From the NCBI GenBank assembly GCA_033764315.1, contig JANRJA010000038.1, positions 1 to 49,474 of the forward strand: a stretch of DNA of 49,474 nt, read 5' to 3'. The notes beneath the pieces were generated by a model. The model was given only the letters and a program-made list of their open reading frames with translations. It did no database searches and was not told where the DNA came from. Source of the DNA: Oculatellaceae cyanobacterium bins.114. Its GTDB lineage: Bacteria; Cyanobacteriota; Cyanobacteriia; Elainellales; Elainellaceae. The stretch's first letter is position 1. Each line of letters starts with the position of its first letter. A program made the translations under genes and the position numbers. Shown here piece after piece: positions 10,609 through 21,012 of this stretch.

Positions 10609-11216
10609 CGACTACTGCCCAAAAGTTCACTTTTGAGGAATACCTCATTTATAGCGATGGTACAGACACCCGCTACGAGTTAGTTGATGGAGAACTTGTT
10701 CACAGGAGCTTGGGAACTGGCAAGCACGGTGCAATTATTGAGTTCCTGAATGATCAGTTCCGTGAGGAGATTAAACGCCAGCAGCTTCCCTGGACTTCTA
10801 AGCCAATGATGATTGGCGTGCGCTCCTGTGAGGGAGAGGCTACGCCTACGCCTCGTGGTAGACGTTAGGATACTTCTCGCATTCCCGATGTTACCGTTTT
10901 GCCCGTAACTCAGTGGGAAGCAATGGGAAACCGGGAAACTGTGATTGACTTTAACGAACCACCACCATTCCTGGTGGTTGAAGTAGTTAGTCCGTCTACT
11001 AAAACAGACGACTATCGCTCTAAGCGTTCTGAGTATGGTGTGCTAGAGATTCCTGAATATTAGATTTTTGATCCACTAGAGAATAAAGTAACGGTTTGTG
11101 TTATCGAGCACCAGTTTTATGATTCTGTTGAGTATCAGGGTGATGACGTGATTCAGTCACCTACGTTTTCAGAGATTCACTTAACGGCTGCTCAGATCTT
11201 GGCAGGTAAACGGTAA
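10605..11216 (+). pseudogene. Uma2 family endonuclease with two in-frame TAG stops and a small in-frame insertion
   Basis: The frame continues after TAG 10866-68 (SRIPDVTVL...LVVEVVSPST...Y) and after TAG 11061-63 (IPEY*IFDP) to TAA at 11214-16. Confidence 0.85.
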
Positions 11217-11386
11217 TTGGGGCGATCGCCCCAAGTTTGAGTTCTTGTTGAGGTTTTCTTGACTCCCAGAATTAGAAGCCGATACAAATCAAATTTTCAC
11301 GCTGTTGCGATTTTAGTTCAACTTTTCTACTTGAGAAACCCACCACTTCTCAAACGATTTTGTAAATCACAATTCCAAACACAAAA

Positions 11387-12775
11387 TCACAATTCCAAAC
11401 ACAGTTGTCGAAAATGATCGCCTCGTTGTTCAAAATTCTGATATTGATCAAAGCTGGCACAGGCGGGCGATAGCAACACTACCTTTGCTTGAGTTTGTTG
11501 GGCTAACTCTGCCCCTCGGACTACTGCTCGATCCATCGTCTCCACAATTTCATAGGTGCAGGTGGTCGCTTCTTGGAGTCGTTGAGCAAACACAGGAGCT
11601 GCACTGCCAATTAGTAAAACCGTTGCTACTTTGGCTTGAATTGTTTGTAACCAAGCAGTATCATCTCCCGTTTTGGCTTCGCCACCCGCGATTAAAATTA
11701 CCGGATTTTCGACCGCAGATAATCCAACCTGAGCCGCATCATAGTTGGTCGCTTTGCTGTCATTGATGAACTGAATGCCATTCCAGATGCGAATCAACTC
11801 CAACCGATGCGCCACCCCTGGAAAGTCATGAACGGCTTGAGCGATCGCCTCTTTGGGAATCTCCGCTAAACACGCCACCGCGATCGCCATTAACAGATTT
11901 TGCTGATTGTGTGCCCCCACCATCCGCAAGGCTGAGACAGGCACAATGGGCTGATTTTGAAACCATGCCCATCCATCTTCAACATAAGCTCCTTGCTCTG
12001 TATGACTGGGTAAATTGGCTTTACCCGTGACGCTTGTCCAATAGGTGGCTTCCCAGCGATCGCCCTCAGTGTTGTGTAGTGTCTTCCTCAAATAAGGGTC
12101 ATCTCCATTCAACACCCGATAATGCGACTGGTTTAACAACTGCGCTTTGATGTTGAAGTAGTTTTCTAAGGTGTAGTGTCGGTTCAAATGATCAGGGGTA
12201 AAGGTCGTCCATACTCCGATCTGGGGTGCCAAACTAGCGGATGCTTCGATTTGATAGCTACTTAATTCGGCTATCACCCAGTCTAGAGGTTGAGCCGCAG
12301 TATCACACGCTTCAGTTGCAGCAAGTGCGACTTCACAGGTGGCATAGCCGATATTGCCACAGGCAGGTGCATTTAACCCTGACGCTTGAAAGATTGCTGC
12401 AATTAAGGCTGTTGTTGTGGTTTTGCCATTGGTGCCTGTGACGCCCACCCAGGGATAGGTTTGCAGCGATCGCCACGCTAACTCTACTTCACCCATTGTC
12501 TCAATCCCCAACTCTCTGGTTTTCACCAGCGCAGGCAGATCCCACCGCACCCCCGGACTCACCACCACCCGTTGCATCAACGCTGGATCAGGCTCAAACG
12601 TGTGCCCCAACTTGACAGCAATGCCTTCGGCTTCAAGACGGTTTTGAGTTTGAACTAGGGCGTCTGCCACATTGCGATCGCTGAGAGTAACTTGCCACCC
12701 CTCTCGTTTTAAGAGCCGCGCCGCCGCAATCCCTGACTGTCCTAGACCAATGACGTAAGCACTCTGCATAGACAA
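11387..12775 (-). CDS. murD: UDP-N-acetylmuramoyl-L-alanine:D-glutamate ligase
   Basis: [27 protein letters not shown] and [11 protein letters not shown]. Confidence 0.97.
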   Translation of the reverse strand: MSMQSAYVIGLGQSGIAAARLLKREGWQVTLSDRNVADALVQTQNRLEAEGIAVKLGHTFEPDPALMQRVVVSPGVRWDLPALVKTRELGIETMGEVELAWRSLQTYPWVGVTGTNGKTTTTALIAAIFQASGLNAPACGNIGYATCEVALAATEACDTAAQPLDWVIAELSSYQIEASASLAPQIGVWTTFTPDHLNRHYTLENYFNIKAQLLNQSHYRVLNGDDPYLRKTLHNTEGDRWEATYWTSVTGKANLPSHTEQGAYVEDGWAWFQNQPIVPVSALRMVGAHNQQNLLMAIAVACLAEIPKEAIAQAVHDFPGVAHRLELIRIWNGIQFINDSKATNYDAAQVGLSAVENPVILIAGGEAKTGDDTAWLQTIQAKVATVLLIGSAAPVFAQRLQEATTCTYEIVETMDRAVVRGAELAQQTQAKVVLLSPACASFDQYQNFEQRGDHFRQLCLEL

Positions 12776-12810
12776 CCGCTACGATTCCTCGTTGAGCAGT
12801 CATCATCTTA

Positions 12811-13608
12811 TCATCGGATAGTCATCTGCAATCTCAGCAGCAAGATTTCTAGACTCCCAACGAATAGAGCTACACCGCTAACAACTAGCAGGGTTACAAC
12901 AGTTAACTGAGGTAACGACATACTAGAACGATTGCTTGTCTCTTCAACTTCAAGCGACTCTCCACGAGAGCGTGGAAACAGACAGAGGGCGATCGCCTGA
13001 ACAGTTCCCTCAAACCCTGGTATCAAGATGGGCATGAAAAACTGGAGAGGCAGTGGAGATACCTGAAATAACAACCAATTTAACTGTTCAAGACCAATCG
13101 ATATAACAACAGATATGATTGAGATGAGCAACCACCATCCAGCAAAACGAGTGTAGCGACTCAAAACCAAGCCTTGCAGTATAGCGGTCGGGAAGCTTGC
13201 TAGCAGGATGATAGGCAAGGGAGTGACAGGCGAGGGGGATGGAGTGGCAAAAACATCCAGAAAATTGATTAGATTTCTCAGTGAGGGTTGAGGCTGCACG
13301 GGTGGTGGAACAAATCGTGGAAACACGACATCGGTGATTAACAGGCTTCCCAATGCTCCTAGTGCAGTAGCGACAATCCAGTACTTGCTTGGGAGATAAC
13401 GCCGCAGCACCCACCATTGAGCAAAGCCTACGGCTGCTCCAGTTAAAAACCTTTGCATCAGAACAGAAGCCAAACCGTTTGGTAGTTGTACCCGTGGTGA
13501 CAAAAGATATTGAGCAATCAGCCATGAGACAACTGTTGCAAGAACGTAAAGCCCTACAAATTGGGTGCGATCGCCAGGTGTAATTAATAAAGAGCGAGTT
13601 GTTGACAT
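12811..13608 (-). CDS. Hypothetical polytopic membrane protein
   Basis: 265 aa with repeated G-x-x-Q-W-x-V-L-R-R-Y-like helical hairpins. Confidence 0.7.
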   Translation of the reverse strand: MSTTRSLLITPGDRTQFVGLYVLATVVSWLIAQYLLSPRVQLPNGLASVLMQRFLTGAAVGFAQWWVLRRYLPSKYWIVATALGALGSLLITDVVFPRFVPPPVQPQPSLRNLINFLDVFATPSPSPVTPLPIILLASFPTAILQGLVLSRYTRFAGWWLLISIISVVISIGLEQLNWLLFQVSPLPLQFFMPILIPGFEGTVQAIALCLFPRSRGESLEVEETSNRSSMSLPQLTVVTLLVVSGVALFVGSLEILLLRLQMTIR

Positions 13609-13693
13609 AAAGGGATGAGCAATGAGTGAGGCTAAATCTAGAGTGATGCGACCATTCTAGATTCGGCTCATCAAAATTCATCCCAACAGGGAA

Positions 13694-14626
13694 TTAAGAC
13701 TTAAAGAGTTTCTCCAGTTTTAGGGGCAACAGCCGACCCGATAAGCTCTGGAAGTAAAGTCCACCAACCGTTATGAGGAACACAAGATAGGCGATCGCCT
13801 GCACTTGATAGAGCCGTTGCGTATAGCCAAACAACGCATTAAATATCAATCCTGGAAATTGGTCATCGGGCAAGACACCAGAGAGATCCCACACAAGCGG
13901 CCCCAAGACACAGGAACGGATGCGGGTAAAGTGGGCGTAATAAAAACAGAGTGATTCAGAGGCGCGATCGCGGCTCGACAAAACTGACATCACCGCATCA
14001 ACATGGCCTAAGGTGGTGATAACCAACCCAGCCACGACCAGCAGCAACAAAACCCCCATCACCTGAAAAAACAATCGCAGATTGAGCTTGATGCCCCACT
14101 TAAACAAGGCAACGCCAATGATGGCAGCGGAGACTAAGCCAGCTAAAGCCCCTAAAGCGGGCAACATCCCTTGCTGAAACTTAGCCGCAATGAAAACAAC
14201 GGTTTCAAATCCTTCTCGCAAAACCGCAATAAAAATCAGACTAAAGATGCCCCAGGCAGCACTGACATGGCTACTCAACGCGTTGGTCACTTCTCCCTCA
14301 ACAAACATTCGCATTGAGCGAGCCTGTTGTGTCATCCAGATCAACATCCAACTCAATAACACAATGGCGATCGCACTAAAGGCCGCTTCTAACAGTGGCT
14401 CTGTAGCAGGGCTAGCGGAGCCAAGCGCACCAATAATCCACCCAAATAACAAACCAATGAGCGCACTAACTAAGACACCCGCCCCCAACCCTATATAGAC
14501 CCAATGGTTTAAATGAGTGCGCTTGGCTTTTTGCAAACACGCTAACACAATTCCCACAACGAGGGCAGCTTCTACGCCTTCTCGCAGCGTGATAATAAAC
14601 GAGGGCAACACCAAGCTAAGATTCAT
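13694..14626 (-). CDS. FTR1/EfeU family iron permease
   Basis: Two RExxE motifs (LREGVEA, LREGFET) and about seven TM helices. Confidence 0.93.
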   Translation of the reverse strand: MNLSLVLPSFIITLREGVEAALVVGIVLACLQKAKRTHLNHWVYIGLGAGVLVSALIGLLFGWIIGALGSASPATEPLLEAAFSAIAIVLLSWMLIWMTQQARSMRMFVEGEVTNALSSHVSAAWGIFSLIFIAVLREGFETVVFIAAKFQQGMLPALGALAGLVSAAIIGVALFKWGIKLNLRLFFQVMGVLLLLVVAGLVITTLGHVDAVMSVLSSRDRASESLCFYYAHFTRIRSCVLGPLVWDLSGVLPDDQFPGLIFNALFGYTQRLYQVQAIAYLVFLITVGGLYFQSLSGRLLPLKLEKLFKS

Positions 14627-14814
14627 ATCGGTGATGGAAATGAGGGAATGGGTTTATAAAATCGAGTTTTTCGTCATGAGTTGAACTGCATTCTGCAACA
14701 TCCGTTGCAAGGAATCCGGTTTTGTAAGAGGTTTTTCAAGAATCGACGGAAGTCGAAGCTTTTTAGAAACTCCAACTTCCATATCCTCTGCCTACACAGG
14801 CTGTCTACCCAGTC

Positions 14815-15828
14815 TTAAGTCGCCGATTCAATAATGGGTGCACTGCTTGCCTCAAATCGTTTGACTTGATTAGCGACATCATCTGCGGTAGCGACTGGAA
14901 CCTCTGGCGGAATGGGTTGAGGCCAAGCCGCAAACAATCCAGCCAATTGTGAGTTCAGGTCATTGGCGATCGCTTCGTCTGTTTCGGTCAGTTTAGCTGC
15001 GATTGTCTTAAAGAGGGTGTCTTTGGAATATTCAACAAAGCCACGGGAATCCTGATATTCAATTTCAGCGGTAAACTTACCATCGCTGATAGCTGCCGTA
15101 TATTCAGCTGCCGCTGTATCTAACATGCCGTTGATCACCTGCAATACAAAAGCTGGAGACTCTCGTTGCTCTGATGGAAGAACGGCGATCGCCTCATCTA
15201 CAGATTGGGTAGCCGCTGCATAGGCTGTCTTTACCTGGGGGGCATTAGGTTTTGAGCGCACCAACTCTTGCACTTGAATTAGCCCTTCGCTGAAATCTGC
15301 AACGCCTCGTTCGGTCAGTTGCTCAGCCACATCGACATAAATTTCTTCTACAGGATGTCCTAAATGGGGTTCTGCCTTCTCAGGAAAGCCCAGATCTAAC
15401 AGTTGCCCTGCAATAATCAGGTGCCCCTTCATCAACCCCAGTTTGAGCAGGTAGTCCACATCTTTGGCTTCACCCGTCAACACAATTTCCTCAACTGTCA
15501 CCTGGTCTTGAATCTGGTCAAATTGCTCTTGGGTCAAGACTCCCTTACTGACCAAATCAGTAGGGCTACCATAGGGGCGACTAGCTTGAATCTGGTGTGA
15601 CAACGCTGGAACACCCAGCTCAGCTTCTAGTTTGTCTAGCTCTGACAAAATCGCTGTGTTGATGTTAATTTTGCGATCGCCACTATTTGTTGTGGTGTCA
15701 GTCGCCGCAGAGCTAGTAACAGCAGGGGGCGAGGCAGTATCTGATGATATTGAACCTGCACAATTATTCAGACCAATCGCCAAACAGGCGATCGCCACCG
15801 CCATCACCAGATATCGAAGCACTCGCAT
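14815..15828 (-). CDS. Lipoprotein with HhH (PsbU/ComEA-like) domain and His/Glu-rich helical domain
   Basis: Lipobox-like LNNC; KININTA...RPYGSPTDLV HhH-like segment; GH...HLGHPVEEIY and EIEYQDSRGF. Confidence 0.7.
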   Translation of the reverse strand: MRVLRYLVMAVAIACLAIGLNNCAGSISSDTASPPAVTSSAATDTTTNSGDRKININTAILSELDKLEAELGVPALSHQIQASRPYGSPTDLVSKGVLTQEQFDQIQDQVTVEEIVLTGEAKDVDYLLKLGLMKGHLIIAGQLLDLGFPEKAEPHLGHPVEEIYVDVAEQLTERGVADFSEGLIQVQELVRSKPNAPQVKTAYAAATQSVDEAIAVLPSEQRESPAFVLQVINGMLDTAAAEYTAAISDGKFTAEIEYQDSRGFVEYSKDTLFKTIAAKLTETDEAIANDLNSQLAGLFAAWPQPIPPEVPVATADDVANQVKRFEASSAPIIESAT

Positions 15829-16001
15829 CCTACTCCCTCCATCAATACATAGCTTTCACAGGGTTGAAAGCCCCCAATATGGGGGACTGAACTAAAAATT
15901 ATTAGGCTTGATTGAGCTATATCTATACGCACCCAACCCATAGGATTGCAAGACATCAATATTTTTCAATCATGATCATCACAGGATTAATCTTGCTATT
16001 T

Positions 16002-16018
16002 TTGAGAATAATTGTCAA
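16002..16018. promoter_or_regulatory. Fur-box-like palindrome
   Basis: TTGAGAATAATTGTCAA, an imperfect GATAAT-N-ATTATC-type inverted repeat upstream of the lipoprotein and FTR1 genes. Confidence 0.55.
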
Positions 16019-16237
16019 CTATATTGAAAGCTATTCTTAACTAGACTCTTTTAGATAAAGGATCAAAATGCGGCTTCTGCTGATTTACCTTGTGCAAAGT
16101 TGTCACCCTAAACCCGATGAATCGCGTCTCTTTATACCCTTTGCTTTCTTGTCTCAAAATCTTGTGAGGATCTCGTGAAGCCAGGTTATGCCGTTGCGGC
16201 CCTACGGTTTATTTGTCTTGTCCCTCACCGTTCGACG

Positions 16238-17236
16238 CTATGTGCTAATCACATTAAAACGCCCCATACATCCCGCTTCAGCGATTCCGTCCTGGTGCGG
16301 GTGAAACATATATTCCCCTGGATAACGGCTCTTAAATTCCAAAATGTGTCGTTCGGCGGTTCCCATTGTGATCACATCGGTTTCCATCGTTGGCTCTAAG
16401 GTGCGGCCAGTGGGATAGACGCTAAACATGTTGGCGTGCAAGTGAAATGTAGCGGCAATATCAAACTCAATCATGTTCAACACATACAACCGCACCAACT
16501 GATCTTGTTGAATCGGAATGGGATGTTGCATGTAATAGTTGGGAATGCCATTAAAGGCATACAACTCGTTATGCCCATCTTCATCGGTGTCATATCCTGC
16601 CATCACTAACACCATCTCATCAGCAGGGGGGCGATCGCTAGGCGGGTCAATAATAAACATGCCATGCAACCCTTTGCTAATGTGGCGAGTCACAGGGGAG
16701 ACATGACAGTGATAGAGATGCACCCCAAACGGCTCTGCATCAAACTCATAAATAAAGGCTGTGTCATTGCGAACCGGGCGAATGCCATCCATTTCAGACG
16801 GATGGATGCCATGAAAGTGCAGGGAATGGGAGTGCCCACCGCGATTCATAAACACCACTCGGATGCGATCGCCCTCGCGTGCCCGCAAGGTTGGCCCCGG
16901 CACCTGCCCATTAAAACACCACGACACAAACGACACCGCACTGTTGAGTTGAATCGGTTTGGTGCCTACTTCAATGTTAAATTCACGAACCGTGCGTCCA
17001 TTCTCCTGTTTGACCGTTCCATAATCAAACTGCCGCAGGTGTTGCATTGGAAAAATGCCATCAATGCCTGCCATCGCTTCGGCAGGAACAGGTGGAATGT
17101 GAACCGTTGGGGGGGATGATCGCATCTGATTGAGGGCGATCGCTGCTCCTCCTAAGCCCACGCCTGCCAAGCCAACTTGCAAGAGACGGCGACGACTCCA
17201 ATACACACTTTTCTCTGAAGCAACCTGTTTTGGCAT
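16238..17236 (-). CDS. Two-domain multicopper oxidase with Tat signal
   Basis: SRRRLL Tat motif; HSLHFHG, YHCH...H, FHLHAN and MFHPH copper motifs. Confidence 0.9.
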   Translation of the reverse strand: MPKQVASEKSVYWSRRRLLQVGLAGVGLGGAAIALNQMRSSPPTVHIPPVPAEAMAGIDGIFPMQHLRQFDYGTVKQENGRTVREFNIEVGTKPIQLNSAVSFVSWCFNGQVPGPTLRAREGDRIRVVFMNRGGHSHSLHFHGIHPSEMDGIRPVRNDTAFIYEFDAEPFGVHLYHCHVSPVTRHISKGLHGMFIIDPPSDRPPADEMVLVMAGYDTDEDGHNELYAFNGIPNYYMQHPIPIQQDQLVRLYVLNMIEFDIAATFHLHANMFSVYPTGRTLEPTMETDVITMGTAERHILEFKSRYPGEYMFHPHQDGIAEAGCMGRFNVIST

Positions 17237-17552
17237 GGGAGATACACAGCAAAATGAGACAGCAGATCAAAATTCTTCCCCGATCGCAGCATAAGAAATT
17301 GCCGCATTATTGTCAAATATTCGCAAGAAGGTTTTGGGAAATAGAAAATATAATTCGACTACACTCACCAACCCGCGAGTCAGGGGTTTCGGCTATGCTC
17401 TAAAGCCCCAACTAGAACACTGAGCAGAGCCGAAATGCATCTCATCAATCATTCGCCTTCCTGCTGATGTAACCGACGACCAAAACCAGCAATGTTAGGA
17501 TAGGAGAACGATTAACCCCCCAATCGGGTTGCTCTTTTTAAGACACTCACTA

Positions 17553-17594
17553 TTGATGTAAAACAGTTGATGTAAAGTAGTTGATGTAAAACAA
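17553..17594 (+). repeat. Three 14-bp tandem repeats (TTGATGTAAAACAG)
   Basis: ttgatgtaaaacag/ttgatgtaaagtag/ttgatgtaaaacaa immediately before the ATG at 17594. Confidence 0.85.
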
Positions 17595-17800
17595 TGCCGA
17601 ACTCCTCTCAAACCACTTCTAACATCTTGATCGGTATCGGCACTGTGCCTGTTTTAGCTGTACTGTTGGGCAGCAAGGCCATTGCAGAGCTAATGCAACA
17701 CGTGGGGCAAGCTAGTGAAGAGCTATTTCGGGGCGATCGCCTGCCTATTCTAAATCTATCCTCTCAGCCCGAGTCCGCTGCCACAGATGAGCCTGAGTAG
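17594..17800 (+). CDS. Small conserved cyanobacterial hypothetical protein
   Basis: Hydrophobic stretch followed by GQASEELFRGDRLP. Confidence 0.7.
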   Translation: MPNSSQTTSNILIGIGTVPVLAVLLGSKAIAELMQHVGQASEELFRGDRLPILNLSSQPESAATDEPE

Positions 17801-17821
17801 GGTTTAGCACAGAGCACCTCT

Positions 17822-19009
17822 ATGAATGTGACTCCACACCAGGCAATTGAGCAATTTCGTCAGAGCCATTATGAAGCGGCGATCGCCTTGTATGAACAAT
17901 GTTTAGATGAGCAATGTCTAGATGAGGAAAACCTGAATGAGGCAGAGATATTGTCTCACTATTGGTATCTGGGCATGGCACTGTTGCTCAATCAGCAACC
18001 ACTAGAGGCAGAGGCCGTCTGGTTATCGGCGATCGCCCTAGCAGAGCCAGAGCAAGTAGATGGCTTTGTGCAAGATTGGGGCAGGGCGTTGGCTAAGGAA
18101 GCATTGCGCTTTCAAACGACAAACCACTTGTTTGAGGCAGAACTGCTGTATCAGCAAATTTTGCAGCAGATTCCCAATTCTGTAGAAACCTATGAAAATC
18201 TGGCGATCGTGTTGGTGGGTCAGGGTAAGTTAGACGAGGTGGAAGCTCTGGTGCAACAGGCGATCGAACTGCAAGCCGAGCACCCTGACTTGGCTCAAAA
18301 GATTAGCAGTTTGTTGCAATATGCTCAAGATCATCCTGTTCCGAAAGCCATCTATAAACCAGAAGTGTTTTACGTTGATACGCTTGATGCAGCCAAAGGC
18401 ATTATCTTGACACCCGAACAGGGAACCACCACTGAAGAACGTTGGCAGATTGAAACGCCTTATCTGGCTGAGCAATTGGGTTTGGAATTGCAACCAAAGC
18501 CTAATGATTTAATTCTCGATTTTGGTTGCGGCATTGGTCGGTTAGCGAAGGAAATGATCGCCCGCTATGACTGCTTAGTATTGGGCGTAGATATGAGCCA
18601 GCAAATGCTGCAATTTGCGATCGACTATGTTGCCTCACCTAAGTTCATCACCTGTTCGCCCACTGCCCTCGATCGGTTGATTCAAAATGGGTTGAGAGTT
18701 GACCATGCCTATAGCACCTGGGTAATCCAACACTGCCATGATCCGCATCTGGAACTAGCTCGCATTAAGCAAGTTCTTAAACCGAATGGACGGTTTTATG
18801 TTGTCAACGCCTATTACCGCTGTGTACCCTCCAATCTGGGTTGGGTAGATGACGACATTGATATTGCTGCCTTATTGCGGAGTGAGTTTCAAGAACTTAA
18901 CTGCACAGCCCTGCCAGAAGCAATTACCACACCAGAGCTGGCGCAGAATTGCTTTTGTATGACGGTGAGAAAGAAGAAAGAAGAAAGAAGATTGAAAAAA
19001 GAAAATTGA
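17822..19009 (+). CDS. TPR-domain class I SAM-dependent methyltransferase
   Basis: N-terminal TPRs (YWYLGMALLL, YENLAIVL) and C-terminal ILDFGCGIGR...GVDMS. Confidence 0.85.
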   Translation: MNVTPHQAIEQFRQSHYEAAIALYEQCLDEQCLDEENLNEAEILSHYWYLGMALLLNQQPLEAEAVWLSAIALAEPEQVDGFVQDWGRALAKEALRFQTTNHLFEAELLYQQILQQIPNSVETYENLAIVLVGQGKLDEVEALVQQAIELQAEHPDLAQKISSLLQYAQDHPVPKAIYKPEVFYVDTLDAAKGIILTPEQGTTTEERWQIETPYLAEQLGLELQPKPNDLILDFGCGIGRLAKEMIARYDCLVLGVDMSQQMLQFAIDYVASPKFITCSPTALDRLIQNGLRVDHAYSTWVIQHCHDPHLELARIKQVLKPNGRFYVVNAYYRCVPSNLGWVDDDIDIAALLRSEFQELNCTALPEAITTPELAQNCFCMTVRKKKEERRLKKEN

Positions 19010-19022
19010 AGCAAGAAAATGG

Positions 19023-19159
19023 GGCGTTGCTGAATGCAAGTATGATTTTCCCTCATTCCCAACCCTGCTCCTTGGGGATAAGGGAGCTAGAAGTCCTGTC
19101 CCCTCTCCCAAAGGTAGAGGGCTAGGGTGAGGGCAATGTTTACGGTTCATACCTCACGC
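19023..19159. repeat. MITE-like intergenic repeat with CCCTCTCCC...GAGGG palindromes
   Basis: Begins GGCGTTGCTGAATGCAAGTATGA, ends in a degenerate inverse (TTCATACCT..ACGC), with internal hairpins. Confidence 0.55.
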
Positions 19160-19175
19160 TTTTGTTCTTTTTTTC

Positions 19176-20024
19176 TTAGCCAAACCGTCCTTCGACATAA
19201 TCGCGGGTGCGTTCCTGGGTTGCTGCTCGGAAGATTTGAGCTGTAGGACCAAACTCGATCATCTGCCCAATCCGGCTTTCATCGGTGCTAAAGAAAGCAG
19301 TGTAGTCTGACACGCGAGATGCCTGCTGCATGTTATGGGTGACGATGACAATGGTGAAATCCTTCTTTAACTGATGAATCAATTCCTCGATTTTCATAGT
19401 GGCGATCGGGTCCAGTGCTGAACAAGGTTCATCCATCAGCAACACTTTGGGCTTGATTGCCAGTGCCCGAGCAATGCAAAGACGTTGTTGTTGACCACCC
19501 GATAACCCCAACGCTGATTTGCTGAGGTGATCTTTGACTTCATCCCACAGAGCCGCCCCTTTTAGCGAAGACTCCACAATGGCGTCGAGTTCGGCTCGTG
19601 ATTTGCCGCCTGATACCCGCACCCCATAAGCCACATTTTCATAAATGCTCATGCTAAATGGGTTGGGTTTTTGAAACACCATGCCAATCTGTCGTCGCAA
19701 CCGATTGAGATTGACTTTACTGCTGTAGAGGTCTTGTCCAAAAAACTCAACCTTACCCTCAACTCTGACGGTGGTTTCAAGTTCACCAATGCGGTTAAGG
19801 GCTTTGATAAAGGTTGACTTACCACAACCAGAGGGACCAATAATAGCCGTTACTCGATTTTGAGCAATATCCATTGAGACTCCTTCAAGCACCTTGCGAG
19901 TGCCATAGTAGAAGCTCAAATTATGCACACGCATGGCTGGAGAAATATCCATGTCTGAGTCTTCAGGGTGGAGGGTGTCGGTCAATGCACCTGTGGAATT
20001 GAGAGAGTTTAGATCAGATGACAT
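19176..20024 (-). CDS. pstB: Phosphate ABC transporter ATP-binding protein
   Basis: [29 protein letters not shown] and DEPCSALDP. Confidence 0.97.
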   Translation of the reverse strand: MSSDLNSLNSTGALTDTLHPEDSDMDISPAMRVHNLSFYYGTRKVLEGVSMDIAQNRVTAIIGPSGCGKSTFIKALNRIGELETTVRVEGKVEFFGQDLYSSKVNLNRLRRQIGMVFQKPNPFSMSIYENVAYGVRVSGGKSRAELDAIVESSLKGAALWDEVKDHLSKSALGLSGGQQQRLCIARALAIKPKVLLMDEPCSALDPIATMKIEELIHQLKKDFTIVIVTHNMQQASRVSDYTAFFSTDESRIGQMIEFGPTAQIFRAATQERTRDYVEGRFG

Positions 20025-20037
20025 ACGTTATCGAGCT

Positions 20038-20961
20038 TTAGCGAGAGGTGAACCGTTGACGAGTAACCAAACGAGACAAAATGCTAGTCACCATAACTAG
20101 CCCAACTAAAACGAGGGAAGCCGTCCACGCCATTTGATTTTGCTCGATGTAGGGAGAGTTGGCATAGTTAAAAATTAACACTGACATGGATGGCATTGGG
20201 CTAAACAATCCACCTGGTAAAGGATCAGGCCAGTTTTGACTAAATAATGCTGTAAAGATGAGAGGAGCCGTTTCACCTGCTGCCCGCGCAACGGCTAACA
20301 AAATGCCAGTCGTAATCCCTGGTAGAGCCGAGGCAACCACCACTTTTAGGGTAGTTTGCAAACGGCTAGCTCCTAGTGCTGAAGAGGCAAGTCGTTGACT
20401 GAGCGGTACAAGCTTTAAAGCCTCTTCGGTCGAGAGGATGATAATCGGTAACATGACGACTGCCAGGGCAAAACTTCCGGCGATCGCCGAAAACTGTTTT
20501 GTTGTGAAGACAATCACCCCATAGGCAAACACACCGACCACAATCGACGGCACCCCACTTAACACCGTTACTACAAACCGAATCGTCTCAGTCACCGCCG
20601 CTTTTTGACCAAACTCTGACAAAAAGATCGCGGCTAACATCCCCACTGGCACACTCACAAGAGCCGCTAGACCCACCATGATGAAGGTGCCTATGATGGC
20701 GTTGCCAAACCCATTTGAGACTCCCTCCATGCCAATCGGGGCAGGCAGCGAGACAAACACTTCCCAGCGCAAATTGGGGAGTCCCTGTTTGAGAATCTCG
20801 ACTAAAATCGCACCCAGCGGTAACAGTGCGATCGCTGCTAACACAAAAGCGAGCGTTGTCATGCCAATGCTAAACACTCGACGCACCACTGGCAATGGAC
20901 TGCTGAGATCGTTAATTGAATCAGTTTCTAAAGTTGAGGCGGGCAATGGAGATGGGGTCAT
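20038..20961 (-). CDS. pstA: Phosphate ABC transporter permease
   Basis: GVPSIVVG and ARAAGETAPL; operon position. Confidence 0.95.
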   Translation of the reverse strand: MTPSPLPASTLETDSINDLSSPLPVVRRVFSIGMTTLAFVLAAIALLPLGAILVEILKQGLPNLRWEVFVSLPAPIGMEGVSNGFGNAIIGTFIMVGLAALVSVPVGMLAAIFLSEFGQKAAVTETIRFVVTVLSGVPSIVVGVFAYGVIVFTTKQFSAIAGSFALAVVMLPIIILSTEEALKLVPLSQRLASSALGASRLQTTLKVVVASALPGITTGILLAVARAAGETAPLIFTALFSQNWPDPLPGGLFSPMPSMSVLIFNYANSPYIEQNQMAWTASLVLVGLVMVTSILSRLVTRQRFTSR

Positions 20962-21012
20962 GGTGGAGTGTTGATAGAGTAACGACTGAGAAGCAGAATC
21001 ACGCGCTGATGC

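Noticed and set aside
10866-11063. Amber recoding (TAG read as Trp)
   Set aside because: TAG terminates ordinary genes in this window (e.g. tsaE and the Crp regulator), so TGG->TAG decay is simpler.
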